This document shows positions 32,856-42,997 of a stretch of 64,000 nt of DNA, one piece after another. The stretch comes from an uncultured cyanobacterium (lineage in GTDB: Bacteria > Cyanobacteriota > Cyanobacteriia > Cyanobacteriales > Nostocaceae). Within the stretch, counting starts at the first letter, position 1. Every line of letters starts with the position of its first letter. The stretch lies in the NCBI GenBank assembly GCA_963740315.1, contig CAVUDP010000001.1, positions 1,312,001 to 1,376,000 of the forward strand, read 5' to 3'. Made by a program: the position numbers and the translations under genes. The notes under the pieces were generated by a model. That model saw only the letters and a list, made by a program, of their open reading frames with translations. It did not search any database and had not been told where the DNA came from.

Positions 32856-33056
32856 TTAAGCAGCCCAAGTGGAACCCGAATCTAAGCCCCATTGATGTTT
32901 GAGAAGTTCCTGATAAGTCGCTTCTCTCACAACCATTTGTTCGTAAAGCTTGACTAAGAAATCTTGAGCTTGTTCGTGACTCATATCTTTGACTTGGGTT
33001 GCAAAGGAGCGGATGCTAAATTGCTGCTCCAAGGAAAGTTCGATTGATTTGTCCAT
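32856..33056 (-). CDS. nblA: Phycobilisome degradation protein NblA
   Basis: LSLEQQFSIRSF...MSHEQAQDFLVKLYEQM...KHQWGL. Confidence 0.95.
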   Translation of the reverse strand: MDKSIELSLEQQFSIRSFATQVKDMSHEQAQDFLVKLYEQMVVREATYQELLKHQWGLDSGSTWAA

Positions 33057-33520
33057 TATTTAAACTCCAATAACTAAAAAATAAAAACGTTGGTTACTTC
33101 AGATAAGTTGGTCTGAGTAATCGATAGATTTGTCTTGATTCTTGTTACCCCCTGTATAAAGAAAGATAACAATTGTTTGACATATTTGCCCACAGTCTTA
33201 ATGACTATTTTTGGCTTTTATGTGTTTCGTATCTCTACCCAATGATATAAACCCCAAGTTTTAGCAGCTAAATTTCGGCTTAATTAGAGCTAAGCCAAGC
33301 TTATTTAAATAAATTTATCTAAATAAACTGTCTACAACTCCCTTTTCCTCGTGAAAGCAAAGAGGATTACTTTGTAAGTAATTGTGCAGTTTTGGGGTTT
33401 TCCCCTACGAGCAAATTGCATAATCGTAGGGTTAGCTGCTGCATTCCTTAAGGGGAGTAAGCATGAATTATATTTCTTTACCCTGTAAGGTGCAAGTTGT
33501 CAATTTAGCAAATATTAAAA

Positions 33521-33552
33521 TTTAACCTCCAAAATTTACTTTGGAGGTTAAA
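33521..33552. terminator. 13-bp stem hairpin downstream of PP2C gene
   Basis: TTTAACCTCCAAA / TTTGGAGGTTAAA. Confidence 0.55.
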
Positions 33553-33790
33553 GTATTTTTATCAAGTTGTAAGTAGAAAAAATGCTCAGACTGAACAAAT
33601 TGATAAGTATTTTTACTCTGAATGAGAAATAATCCGCTTCCAGATTAAAGATTATTTAGCGGCAATCGTTTTTTCGTAAACCCGCTCATCAATAGATAAA
33701 TCGGTATTTTGCGATCGAATAGAAGAAATAGGAATCTAGACGAAGAGATAAGAAAAACTAATTACTTTGCAAACTTTAAATCGATAAAAA

Positions 33791-34519
33791 TTAATCTTCA
33801 AGTTCAACAATTACAACAGTAATATTATCGTGTCCGCCTTGCTCTTTAGCTCCTTCTATTAAAGACAGAGCGGCTTTTTCGTTGATAGTGTTTTCTTGTA
33901 GATAATAAGCAATTTTTTCATCTGCAAGCTCTTCTGTCAAACCATCGCTGCACAATAAAAGGCGATCGCCGGGTTTTACGTCAACTGGTTGCACGTCAAT
34001 TTCATGGAGATCGTCGCGTCCCAGACAACGAGATAAAACATGACGGAAAGGATGATTTCGGGCTTCTTCTATGTTGATATCGCCCATTTTTAAAGCGCGT
34101 GCAACCCAAGTATGGTCTTCTGTAATAAGTTCTAATAGAGAAGAACGCCAACGATACAAGCGCGAATCTCCTACATGAGCAATATAAGGAGACTCGCCGG
34201 GACGAAATACTATTACAACTACAGTAGTTCCCATATCGGCGCGTTCGGAGTGATTCTGCTGGTCTAGCAAAATCGCTTCATTGGCTTGCCACAAAGCAGA
34301 CTGTAATAACTTTTCCGAAGACTTGGAATTATCCCAATTTGATGACAGGTACTTTTGGATTTCCATAGTGGCAATTCGGCTTGCCTCCTCACCTCCGGCA
34401 TGACCACCCATACCGTCGGCAACAATGAAAAATCGCCCTTCCGGGTCGATATAGTAAGCATCCTGATTATTAGAACGAATAAGTCCCGGATCGCTAAAAC
34501 CCGTGAATTTAAGTTTCAT
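33791..34519 (-). CDS. pphA: PP2C-family Ser/Thr phosphatase (PphA-like)
   Basis: RSNNQD, VADGMGGHAGGE, MGTT, HVGDSR, LCSDGL, GGHDNIT; next to ABC1 kinase. Confidence 0.85.
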   Translation of the reverse strand: MKLKFTGFSDPGLIRSNNQDAYYIDPEGRFFIVADGMGGHAGGEEASRIATMEIQKYLSSNWDNSKSSEKLLQSALWQANEAILLDQQNHSERADMGTTVVVIVFRPGESPYIAHVGDSRLYRWRSSLLELITEDHTWVARALKMGDINIEEARNHPFRHVLSRCLGRDDLHEIDVQPVDVKPGDRLLLCSDGLTEELADEKIAYYLQENTINEKAALSLIEGAKEQGGHDNITVVIVELED

Positions 34520-34536
34520 ATAGTTTCATATTTAAA

Positions 34537-36249
34537 CTAATACATACGGTCATAACGGTCGAGGCGCAGAAGCAATCTAATCAACAACCACGATACACAC
34601 AAAGCAATTAAACCCGTACATATTGCGAACCATATATAATCATGAACCAACAATATTGTAGCTGAAAGAGTAAATCCACTGATAATCAGGGCATAAGTTC
34701 CCCCTAGCTGAATATTTGCTTGTCTTCGCAGCAAACGCTCTGTTTCAATAGACCGAACACGCACGCGCACATCTCCCCGTTCGAGTTTTTCTAGTGTCTC
34801 TTCCAGTCTCCGTGGTAGACTAAATGCACTAGTACTTACCTGAACTGCTTGACGACCTAGTTCGTTAATTAAACTATTCCCCTCCGAACCATTCATATCA
34901 CTCATAAGGTTCATTGCATATGGTCTTGCGACTTCCATAAAGCTGAATTCTGGATCTAACCCCTTACCGACTCCTTCAAGAGTAGAAAAAGCTCTCATCA
35001 CAAAAGTAAAAGTAGCCGGAAATCTAAATGGCTGATCGTAAGCTATTTCGTACAAATCTTCACTAATACTTGCTACAGATTGGTTTTCAAAGGGCTTGTC
35101 CATGAAGTGATCCAGCATATACTGAACCGAACGCCGGACAGGTCCCATGTCCTCGCTTGGCGCTAATGCTCCTAACTTGATTAACGAATTGACAACTCGC
35201 TCTCCGTCTTTAGAAGCAACACCAAAAAGTGTATCCATTAATCCTTCGCGCACGTTGGACTTGATTCGTCCCATCATGCCAAAGTCATAAAATATTAACG
35301 CACCATCTGGACTAACCGCAATGTTGCCGGGATGGGGATCGGCATGAAAAAAGCCATTATTGAGCAACTGATGCAGGTAAGCTTCGGCTCCTTGACGAGC
35401 CAGAACTTTTCTATCCAAGCCTGCTGCTTCCAACGCTTCATACTGACTAATCTTAATACCAGGTAGATATTCTAGCGTCAGTACTCTGGGTGAAGCATAG
35501 CGCCAGTAGACGCGGGGAACTTTCACCCATTCCTGACCGCGAAAATTGCGACGGAAAGTATCGGCATTTCGACCTTCTTCGAGATAATCAATTTCTTCCC
35601 AAAGGATGCGGCAACATTCTTCGTAGATGCCAAGCCAATCTCGCCCTCGTCCCCATTTGGGATGATTTTGAAAGTATCTAGTAATACCTTTAAGAATTTT
35701 TAAATCAATTTCAAAAAGTTGTTTTAATCCCGGACGTTGAACCTTAACGACAACCGATTCCCCAGAATGCAACACCGCTTTATGAACTTGTCCCAAGCTA
35801 GCAGCAGCTAAGGGAATAGGTTCAAAACTGGCGAACAATTCAGGAATTTTCTTTCCGAGTTCGTAGCCAATAATTTCTTCTACTTGTTCGTAACTAAAAG
35901 CTGGAACCTTATCCTGGAGCTTTGTTAATTCTTCTACATATTCGCTAGGAAATATATCAGCACGAGTAGAAAATAGCTGACCTACTTTTATGAAAGTCGG
36001 TCCTAAATCTAGCAGAGTGGTACGAATCCAAATTGCTTGCGATTTTCTTCTTGCCGCCTTTTTGGTTTCCGTAGCTCCCCCAGAATAACTCCAGGATTTG
36101 TTGTATAGCCAAAGCTTCAACATTAAAGTCAATACGAATGACCAAATGTCAAAGAAGCGTCGCCTACTAGAATATTTTTTGCGGTTCCAACGGTATGCGT
36201 TATCTGAATAACCCTTTTCCATAGCTTTTGCAAAGCCGTTGATTTCCAA
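34537..36249 (-). CDS. ABC1/AarF/UbiB-family atypical kinase
   Basis: LGPTFIKVGQ, AAASLGQVH, VKVQRP, FFHADPHPGN, DFG; start may be ATG 36222. Confidence 0.93.
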   Translation of the reverse strand: MEINGFAKAMEKGYSDNAYRWNRKKYSSRRRFFDIWSFVLTLMLKLWLYNKSWSYSGGATETKKAARRKSQAIWIRTTLLDLGPTFIKVGQLFSTRADIFPSEYVEELTKLQDKVPAFSYEQVEEIIGYELGKKIPELFASFEPIPLAAASLGQVHKAVLHSGESVVVKVQRPGLKQLFEIDLKILKGITRYFQNHPKWGRGRDWLGIYEECCRILWEEIDYLEEGRNADTFRRNFRGQEWVKVPRVYWRYASPRVLTLEYLPGIKISQYEALEAAGLDRKVLARQGAEAYLHQLLNNGFFHADPHPGNIAVSPDGALIFYDFGMMGRIKSNVREGLMDTLFGVASKDGERVVNSLIKLGALAPSEDMGPVRRSVQYMLDHFMDKPFENQSVASISEDLYEIAYDQPFRFPATFTFVMRAFSTLEGVGKGLDPEFSFMEVARPYAMNLMSDMNGSEGNSLINELGRQAVQVSTSAFSLPRRLEETLEKLERGDVRVRVRSIETERLLRRQANIQLGGTYALIISGFTLSATILLVHDYIWFAICTGLIALCVSWLLIRLLLRLDRYDRMY

Positions 36250-36355
36250 CCGAGCGCAAAATAAGACATTTCATTTCTCCTAGCACTCGGCATTCTTACC
36301 AACGTCCATACCTCTTTATATTTCCTTTTATTATTAATTTTCGATTTCTCTACTT

Positions 36356-36694
36356 TTAAACGGAACCGCTACGATGGCGTTGCAATTCAGTACGCAATAC
36401 AGCGATTTCTGCTCGTAGTTCATCAATCATTGCTTGTAAATCAAGAGGTTCCGAAGTCGATTTTCCAGTTCCTGTCGGCGTGCTATAGGTACCACTAGTA
36501 GCACCAGCAGCTTCAGAAGAACGTTCCGCTCGTTCCATCACTTCAGTGGTAAACGATCGCATATGTTCTTTTAGTTCGGCATCGAGCTTACCAAGTTCGC
36601 TCAAAGCATCGGTAAAAGCGCCTTCCATACGTTCGTTAACAACTTCAGCAACAGCTCTGCCTACGAAAAATGCCTGTACAAGGGGGTTACTCAT
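36356..36694 (-). CDS. Conserved cyanobacterial hypothetical (coiled-coil) protein
   Basis: MSNPLVQAFFVGRA...IDELRAEIA; co-oriented upstream of ABC1 kinase. Confidence 0.8.
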   Translation of the reverse strand: MSNPLVQAFFVGRAVAEVVNERMEGAFTDALSELGKLDAELKEHMRSFTTEVMERAERSSEAAGATSGTYSTPTGTGKSTSEPLDLQAMIDELRAEIAVLRTELQRHRSGSV

Positions 36695-37676
36695 AATTAG
36701 TTTTTTTTATGTTTATCCGCAAAAAAATTATAACTTGCCGCTATACCCAACGTGTTTATAAAATTATGATTTGCTTTGTATTTTTTTGAGTTGGTTTTAA
36801 TAAAAAGCCATATATCTTGCCATAAATCTCTATAGTATAGAGGTTTGAAGAGATTGTAGTTCTAGTTCGCTAGTTTACTTAACAATTCAAGACTTACCAA
36901 TATAAATACAAACACCAATACCCGTAAAAAGAGCGATCGCCCTACTAACTTAAGGAATACATCTTTAGGAATAAATTTTGTTTATGTCATCAAAGCCAAA
37001 CAATATATTTTAATGCATCCGATAGTTCCTCTTCTAGGGCTTTCAAACAGACTTCCTCGATCCCGTCCGTGCCGATTTTATGTATAAAGGGTTACTTACT
37101 TTTCAGTTGTCTAAGTCTTCAAAATATATTTTTAGTCTTATTTATTATAAAAATAATATTAAAATTATTTTTTTGAATCAAAACAATAAAATAATAGCTC
37201 TTCAAAAGGTGCGCTTAAATTTCGCCAAAAAGCGCCGAAATACCCACTGTAAAAAGATGATTGCCCTCCATTATTAACATTATTTACTTGAGTCGTCTTT
37301 TCCCCTACTTCTTACCCTTTCTTCAACGACTATTTAATTAGTAGAAACTTGTACGGAAAAATCTAAATTTGTTATTTTCACTCGGATAAATCCATCAATA
37401 TAACTTGTTATTAAATAAAAATTATTTTGATTAATTTTTAAGCATATCATAACTCAGTAATTTTCGTCAAATTTAAACGGGGGCGTATGTATAGCCACCG
37501 CAATGACTTTAAATCCAAAGTTACTCGTGCGTAAGTCTTAAATCATTTTACCCTCAAATTTTTATTTTAAATTCTTGTGATGCTCAGTAGCTTAATAATA
37601 TATTTTTTAATGCCTGAAAATTTAATTTATCAAGACCAGTGAAAGTGATTCCTCAGTTAATTGTTAAGTTAGTTAA

Positions 37677-37742
37677 ACTTTAACAACGTAAATGTTGTTA
37701 AAGTAATGTATATTGAGTTAAAGCAACATAAATGTTGCTTTA
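37677..37742. promoter_or_regulatory. Twin palindromic putative operators upstream of LysR gene
   Basis: ACTTTAACAAC-GTAAAT-GTTGTTAAAGT (37677-37704) and TAAAGCAACAT-AA-ATGTTGCTTTA (37719-37742). Confidence 0.6.
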
Positions 37743-37855
37743 GTCATGAATTCTATACATATGGTCAATAAAAACTGTATATAGTGCAAAGCTAGTAAGT
37801 CTCGCTGTTGAATCACTAAGTAAAAATCCAACACTAGTAATAGTTAATAATTTCT

Positions 37856-38872
37856 ATGAAAAGTTACGCAGGAGATGTCAGACAGAAAGATACCCTCTTG
37901 AAATCAATTACTTTAGACCAATTACAGGTGTTTGAAGCTGCTGCAAGACACTCTAGTTTTACTCGTGCGGCAGAAGAATTATTTGTAACTCAGCCAACTG
38001 TATCGATGCAAGTAAAACATCTTACGCAAGCGATAGGTGTACCTTTATTTGAATACGTCGGAAAGCGTATCTATCTAACAGAAGCAGGAAGAGAGGTTTT
38101 AAGTACCTGCAAAGAAATCTTTAAATGTCTCGACAGGTTAGAAACTACCATTGTCGATTTAAAAGGAATGAAACAGGGAAGACTTCGACTAGCAGCAGTT
38201 ACTACAACTAAATATTTCATTCCTAAATTACTCAAACCGTTTTGTACACTTTATCCCGGCGTTAGTGTTTGCCTAGAAATAACCAATCATCAGGTACTGT
38301 TATCCCGGTTGAACGAGAATCTTGATGACCTTTATATTCTTAGTTGCCCGCCGGAAAGAGACGATATCGAAACAAAAGCGTTTTTGGATAACCCGTTAGT
38401 TGTAGTTGCGCCATGCGATCATCCGCTCGCTCTTAAGCGTAATATTTCACTAAAATGCTTAACAAACGAACCTTTTATTATGCGAGAACAAGGTTCTGGA
38501 ACTCGCAAAGTAGTACAGCAATTTTTTGCTCAGAATAAAATATCAGTATCTATAAATCTGGAGCTTGGCAGCAATGAAGCTATTCAGCAAGCCGTAATTG
38601 ACGGTTTGGGGCTTTCAATTTTATCCCTTCATACTCTAAATTCTACAGAGATTGTAAATAAACTAGCGATATTGGATGTTGAGGGTTTTCCTTTATATCG
38701 TCAGTGGCACGTAGCTTATCCTAAAAAAAAGCAACTTTCGATTACTGCCAGCACTTTTCTAGAATATTTGCTCGTACAAAGTCGGCAATTTTCTGTTGAC
38801 GAAAAAAATCCTTTACAACTGATTAAAGCTTTACAAATGATGTCCTCATTTGCCATGCCACAAAGCAGATAA
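37856..38872 (+). CDS. LysR-family regulator (CbbR/CmpR/NdhR-like)
   Basis: TLDQLQVF..SFTRAAEELFVTQPTVS, TTTKYFIP, DNPLVV, REQGSGTR. Confidence 0.9.
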   Translation: MKSYAGDVRQKDTLLKSITLDQLQVFEAAARHSSFTRAAEELFVTQPTVSMQVKHLTQAIGVPLFEYVGKRIYLTEAGREVLSTCKEIFKCLDRLETTIVDLKGMKQGRLRLAAVTTTKYFIPKLLKPFCTLYPGVSVCLEITNHQVLLSRLNENLDDLYILSCPPERDDIETKAFLDNPLVVVAPCDHPLALKRNISLKCLTNEPFIMREQGSGTRKVVQQFFAQNKISVSINLELGSNEAIQQAVIDGLGLSILSLHTLNSTEIVNKLAILDVEGFPLYRQWHVAYPKKKQLSITASTFLEYLLVQSRQFSVDEKNPLQLIKALQMMSSFAMPQSR

Positions 38873-38985
38873 AATTAAAAATCGAAATATTTTAAATTTT
38901 CAATTTTGCCGAAACTTGGCGATGTCGGTTTCCGTGTCGCCAATCTTTCCGACTTTCCATTATGCCAATTCCCAATACCGAGTAA

Positions 38986-39582
38986 TTAATCCAACTCTCG
39001 ACGACCTTCCAAAGCTCTTGCCAAAGTTACTTCATCAGCATATTCTAAATCGCCACCTACTGGTAAACCAAAGGCGATTCGCGTTACCTTGGTGAATGGT
39101 TTAATTAAGTGACCGACATATAGTGTAGTAGTTTCACCTTCTACACTCGGACTAATCGCTAAAATAACCTCTTTGGGATTTCGCTGACTTACTCTTCGTA
39201 CTAAAGGCTGAATATTTAACTGTTCTGGTCCGATACCTTCTATGGGAGAAATCACACCTCCCAAAACATGGTACTTACCTTTGTATTCTCTTGTTTTTTC
39301 CAAAGCAATTACATCGCGAGAATCTGCGACTACACATATAGTTTCGTTGTCGCGCTTGGGATTGCGGCAGATTTCACAAACGGGTTCGGAAGATAAATGA
39401 AAGCATTCTCGACACAAACCGATCCGTTTTTTGGCATCAATTAAAGCTTGTGCTAAAGCCTCTACTTCCGCTTCAGGTCGTTTTAAAATATGCAGCGCTA
39501 ATCTTTGGGCAGTTTTTGGACCAACTCCCGGTAAGCGTTGCAACTGCTCGATTAATTTTGCTAAAGGACGTGCGTAAACCGT
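38986..39582 (-). CDS. recR: Recombination mediator RecR (probable ACG start at 39582)
   Basis: [13 protein letters not shown]hH, C4 finger, TOPRIM (YHVLGG, EGETT), GDLEYAD; conserved N-terminal helix continues upstream of TTG 39543. Confidence 0.95.
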   Translation of the reverse strand, partial: TVYARPLAKLIEQLQRLPGVGPKTAQRLALHILKRPEAEVEALAQALIDAKKRIGLCRECFHLSSEPVCEICRNPKRDNETICVVADSRDVIALEKTREYKGKYHVLGGVISPIEGIGPEQLNIQPLVRRVSQRNPKEVILAISPSVEGETTTLYVGHLIKPFTKVTRIAFGLPVGGDLEYADEVTLARALEGRRELD

Positions 39583-39714
39583 TTTCTTGTCTCCAGTACT
39601 TGCTTACCTATATATAATGACATTCTTAGAGGATTTTGGATGAGTTTTTTCATAAAAGTATTTAGGAGAGCGCCTTCCGAGCGCGTTTTTAAACCTGGGT
39701 TAATTCGACTTACA

Positions 39715-39820
39715 GCATCTCTTCTGCGAATACACCACTTTATGTAGATAAAGATGAAACAACTTGCTCTAGAGAATTTGATTCGGGACGAAAAAATAAA
39801 GTCGTGATTTTAAGTTAATT
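39715..39820 (-). pseudogene. folE: Internally deleted folE remnant
   Basis: 39739-39820 matches folE 5' end/leader (~50858-50940) and 39715-39738 matches folE 3' part (~50330-50351); start codon mutated. Confidence 0.8.
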
Positions 39821-39965
39821 ACTTTTTATTTCAACATTGTAAATTATTATTTAATACACAATAAAATATCACCCCATAAATTAGACAATATAAGCTAATC
39901 ACAGGGTGTATTTACAGTGCTTCAACCAACTATTTAACTAGCAATAATTACTAATAATATTCTAA

Positions 39966-40994
39966 TCATAGTAAACAATTTTTAAGTTTAAAATGTATTT
40001 CATTTTTGTCTAAATTGCGACCGATGAATACTAACTGATTTTGACGGTTTGTAGTAGACCATTCATCAGCATCGAGTTGATAGCGAGGACCGCTTAATTG
40101 AAAAATATGTCGTAATTCGCTATCGCTAAAGCAGAGGATACCCTTGGCTCTAAACACATTTCCTGGCATTTCTTCATTAATAAATATTTCAAATTTATGC
40201 ACATCAAAAGGGCGATCGCTCTGGAAAGAAATGGAAACAAATCCATCATTTTCTAGATGATTGGAGTGATGGTGATGGTGTTCGTGTTCGTGTTCGTGAT
40301 GATGGTGTTCGTGGCTATCTTCCTCAATCAAGGAAGAATATTCATCTTTAGGAGTCAAGTCCACATCTAAAATTAATGGTAAAGCAACTTTGCCGTAGGA
40401 AGTGCGGAGAATTTTTGCACCAACTTTAGTTTCCTTAATAAAACTTTCTAGCTCTATTAATTTTTCTTCACCAACTAAATCAGTTTTGTTAAGGAGGATA
40501 ATATCACCATAAATTATCTGTTTTAAAGCAGCTTCACTTTGGAAATGTTCGCTATTAAAAGTTTCTGCGTCAATAAGAGTTAGTATGGAATCAATATTGG
40601 TTAAATCTTTGAGTTCTGTTCCTAGAAAAGTTAAAACAATTGGTAATGGGTCAGCTACACCTGTAGTTTCTATAACCATATAATCAATGCGTTCATCTCT
40701 TTCTAAAATTCGATAAACCGCATCAACTAATCCATCGTTAATAGTACAACAAATACAGCCGTTACTCAGTTCCATCATGTCATCATCCGTCGAAATGAGT
40801 AACTGACTATCAATATTAATATCACCAAATTCATTTACAAGCACGGCAACTTTCAAATCTTCTTTGTTATGAAGAATTTGATTGAGTAATGTTGTTTTAC
40901 CACTACCTAAAAATCCGGTAATGATAGTAATAGGCATTCCTCGTTTGGGAATATCAGGAATAACATCAGATTTGGGTGCAGTTAGTTGAGTCAT
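39966..40994 (-). CDS. COG0523/CobW-family metallochaperone GTPase with His-rich insert
   Basis: TGFLGSGKTT, VNEFG, GCICC, ETTG, NKTD, HEHHHHEHEHEHHHHH, CobW_C. Confidence 0.93.
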   Translation of the reverse strand: MTQLTAPKSDVIPDIPKRGMPITIITGFLGSGKTTLLNQILHNKEDLKVAVLVNEFGDINIDSQLLISTDDDMMELSNGCICCTINDGLVDAVYRILERDERIDYMVIETTGVADPLPIVLTFLGTELKDLTNIDSILTLIDAETFNSEHFQSEAALKQIIYGDIILLNKTDLVGEEKLIELESFIKETKVGAKILRTSYGKVALPLILDVDLTPKDEYSSLIEEDSHEHHHHEHEHEHHHHHSNHLENDGFVSISFQSDRPFDVHKFEIFINEEMPGNVFRAKGILCFSDSELRHIFQLSGPRYQLDADEWSTTNRQNQLVFIGRNLDKNEIHFKLKNCLL

Positions 40995-41089
40995 GATTTC
41001 TCCTTATATTTATTACTCGATTTTTATTTTGTTCTGATTATGTTTACGTAAAATTAATTTTCTATTTTTGCTGGTTTACTTAGTTCATA

Positions 41090-41267
41090 GCGATCGAAAT
41101 CATGGTACAAATCCGTAAGAAAAGTGATTTAATTGCTACTGAAACCTCCTAAAACAGCTTTGTACAGTCATAGCCATGATATGAGCGCAAGTACGATCGA
41201 TCTGCTCAAGTTGCTGGGCATCTTTTTCTTGCAAGCCTTCCTAATATTAGGATAATGAACTGACCAT
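41090..41267 (-). pseudogene. thrS: Remnant of 5' end of threonyl-tRNA synthetase paralog (thrS2)
   Basis: Minus strand reads MVSSLS*, then QQLEQIDRTCAHIMAMTVQ, then after frameshifts LYHDFDR; compare ThrRS IRH(T/S)xAHxMAMAVQKLF...GFYYDFD. Confidence 0.7.
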
Positions 41268-41279
41268 AGGCTATTAGAA

Positions 41280-41294
41280 TGAGAATCGTTATCA
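41280..41294. promoter_or_regulatory. Zur (FurB) box
   Basis: TGAGAATCGTTATCA vs consensus TGATAATNATTATCA; 12 nt upstream of thrS remnant ATG. Confidence 0.8.
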
Positions 41295-41439
41295 TAATAA
41301 CGCAAAAAGTTGGTTTGATGTGAAGACTTTTTTGAGCAGTAGCAAAGATAAAACTTAATTATGGCGATGACATCGATCGCATTTATTAGCAGTTATAATT
41401 TTTAGAAAAAGATAATACGCAAACTTTCTATAGATATCG

Positions 41440-41567
41440 GGACTTACGCACGGGTTATGTGTTTACGTCATTACGAACGAAGTAAAGTATTCAGCGTTCA
41501 CCGCGCTTGTGCGGCTCAGCTGTGGATCGTCGCAAAACCTTGTTTTTCGTCACGAGTGCGTAAGTCC
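41440..41567. mobile_element. 128-bp MITE-like element with 12-bp terminal inverted repeats
   Basis: GGACTTACGCAC ... GTGCGTAAGTCC; lone similar end at ~37526. Confidence 0.65.
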
Positions 41568-41685
41568 TGGATATAAATACACTGCTTTTGCTATTGTTTG
41601 AGACAGTACTTAAAGGCTATTTATGAGGTGTATTAATCATAGGTGGCTATAATTAAGTTGTAAAACCTAGTTACCGTCAAGATTT

Positions 41686-42051
41686 GTGACTAAAGCCAAA
41701 GAAAGCGACATTTGCCAAATCCGGTGTTTTAACGAGGAGTTAGTAACTCAGGTTGGTGAAGCAATGCCAGGAGATGATATTCTCGAAAATGCTCAAATTC
41801 TTTTTAGTGCTTTAGCAGATAACTCGCGCTTAAAAATTCTCCACGCTCTAAGTAACTGTCAAGAGCTTTGCGTCTGCGATGTCGCTTCGTTGCTTGATGT
41901 CAAAATTGCGTCTGCCTCTCATCACCTGCGGAAACTGCGCGACCTCAAAATTTTAAAGTATAGAAATGATGGCAAGCTAGCTTACTACTCTCTAAAAGAC
42001 CAGCGTATAGCTGAAGTTCTTTTCTATACCTTAAAACAACTTGCTGAGTAA
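41686..42051 (+). CDS. ArsR/SmtB-family metal-sensing repressor (CadC-like)
   Basis: N-terminal CQIRC, ALADNSRLKIL, ELCVCD, SHHLRKLR. Confidence 0.92.
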   Translation: MTKAKESDICQIRCFNEELVTQVGEAMPGDDILENAQILFSALADNSRLKILHALSNCQELCVCDVASLLDVKIASASHHLRKLRDLKILKYRNDGKLAYYSLKDQRIAEVLFYTLKQLAE

Positions 42052-42052
42052 G

Positions 42053-42121
42053 TCATTCTAAACAACATTAGAATGAACTTTTTTTGTGATATCATTCTAA
42101 TGTTCATTTGAATATTAGAAT
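42053..42121. promoter_or_regulatory. ArsR/SmtB-type operator palindromes upstream of CDF gene
   Basis: TCATTCTAA-ACAACA-TTAGAATGA (42053-42076) and ATTCTAATGTTCA-TT-TGAATATTAGAAT (42094-42121). Confidence 0.7.
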
Positions 42122-42145
42122 ATTTGGATAATAGGAAAACCATGA

Positions 42146-42754
42146 GTGACAACTGCTGCTCATATCAAAGGTTCTGAGCTAACAAAGCTGAAAAAACGGC
42201 AAGCTAATGTTCTTTGGGTAGTTTTATTCATCAACCTCGTGATGTTCTTTGTTGAGTTTGGAGCAGGTATTCGTGCGGATTCGATATCTTTGACTGGAGA
42301 CTCCCTCGATATGCTAGGTGATACGTTGGTTTACGCAACCAGTTTGTATGTCATTAATAAGGGTAGTAAAGCTCAGGCTGGTTCCGCATTTCTGAAGGGA
42401 ATCATCATGTTTGTGTTTGCGATCGCAGTCTTTGCTAGAGCAATCTATCAATTCTCTTCGGGTGTAACTCCAGAAGCAACAGTTATGAGTGCGATTGGAG
42501 TTATAGCGTTACTTGCAAATCTAACCTGTTTGCTGTTATTGGCTAGACATCGAAAGGATAATCTAAATATGTCTTCTGTATGGTTATGTTCGAGAAATGA
42601 CATCATTGCCAATATCTCTGTTCTTATAGCAGCAGGATTAGTTTTTCTAACTGGTTCGATTCTGCCCGATTTATTGTTCGGTTTGTTGTTAGCGTTTGTT
42701 TTTGCAAAGTCAGCAGGGAAAGTACTTTCCCAATCTTGGAGAGCTTTGGCTTAG
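42146..42754 (+). CDS. Cation diffusion facilitator (Co/Zn/Cd efflux), short form lacking the cytoplasmic C-terminal domain
   Basis: Six hydrophobic helices, DSLDMLGD and CSRND metal-site motifs, 202 aa. Confidence 0.88.
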   Translation: MTTAAHIKGSELTKLKKRQANVLWVVLFINLVMFFVEFGAGIRADSISLTGDSLDMLGDTLVYATSLYVINKGSKAQAGSAFLKGIIMFVFAIAVFARAIYQFSSGVTPEATVMSAIGVIALLANLTCLLLLARHRKDNLNMSSVWLCSRNDIIANISVLIAAGLVFLTGSILPDLLFGLLLAFVFAKSAGKVLSQSWRALA

Positions 42755-42997
42755 ATACTGTTTTTGGGGACAGTAATTGAGATTTATTGACAGTTATCAA
42801 TGCTTTTTAAGGGTGCTGCAAGGGTTGTTTGCTGGTATTTAACGTCACCTTTGATCTGTTTCAATTTTATGCTAACTTTTGATGCCATACGTAGTTTGAC
42901 TGCTTAAATATTTGTCCTTTATATTACTTGAGGCTATCAGTATAAGAAGTTATAATTGTGTCAGTATTAATTGAGTCTATTACCGGAGATTTTCTTT

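Noticed and set aside
33057..33520. NtcA site upstream of nblA
   Set aside because: No clean GTA-N8-TAC found by eye
37080..37277. 65-aa ORF in AT-rich intergenic region
   Set aside because: Low-complexity K/I/N composition, no support
41354..41381. Possible C-terminal remnant of the oxidoreductase (DR..V.AIIK) in the fossil operon
   Set aside because: Position fits but the match is too short and needs a frameshift; cannot be supported by eye
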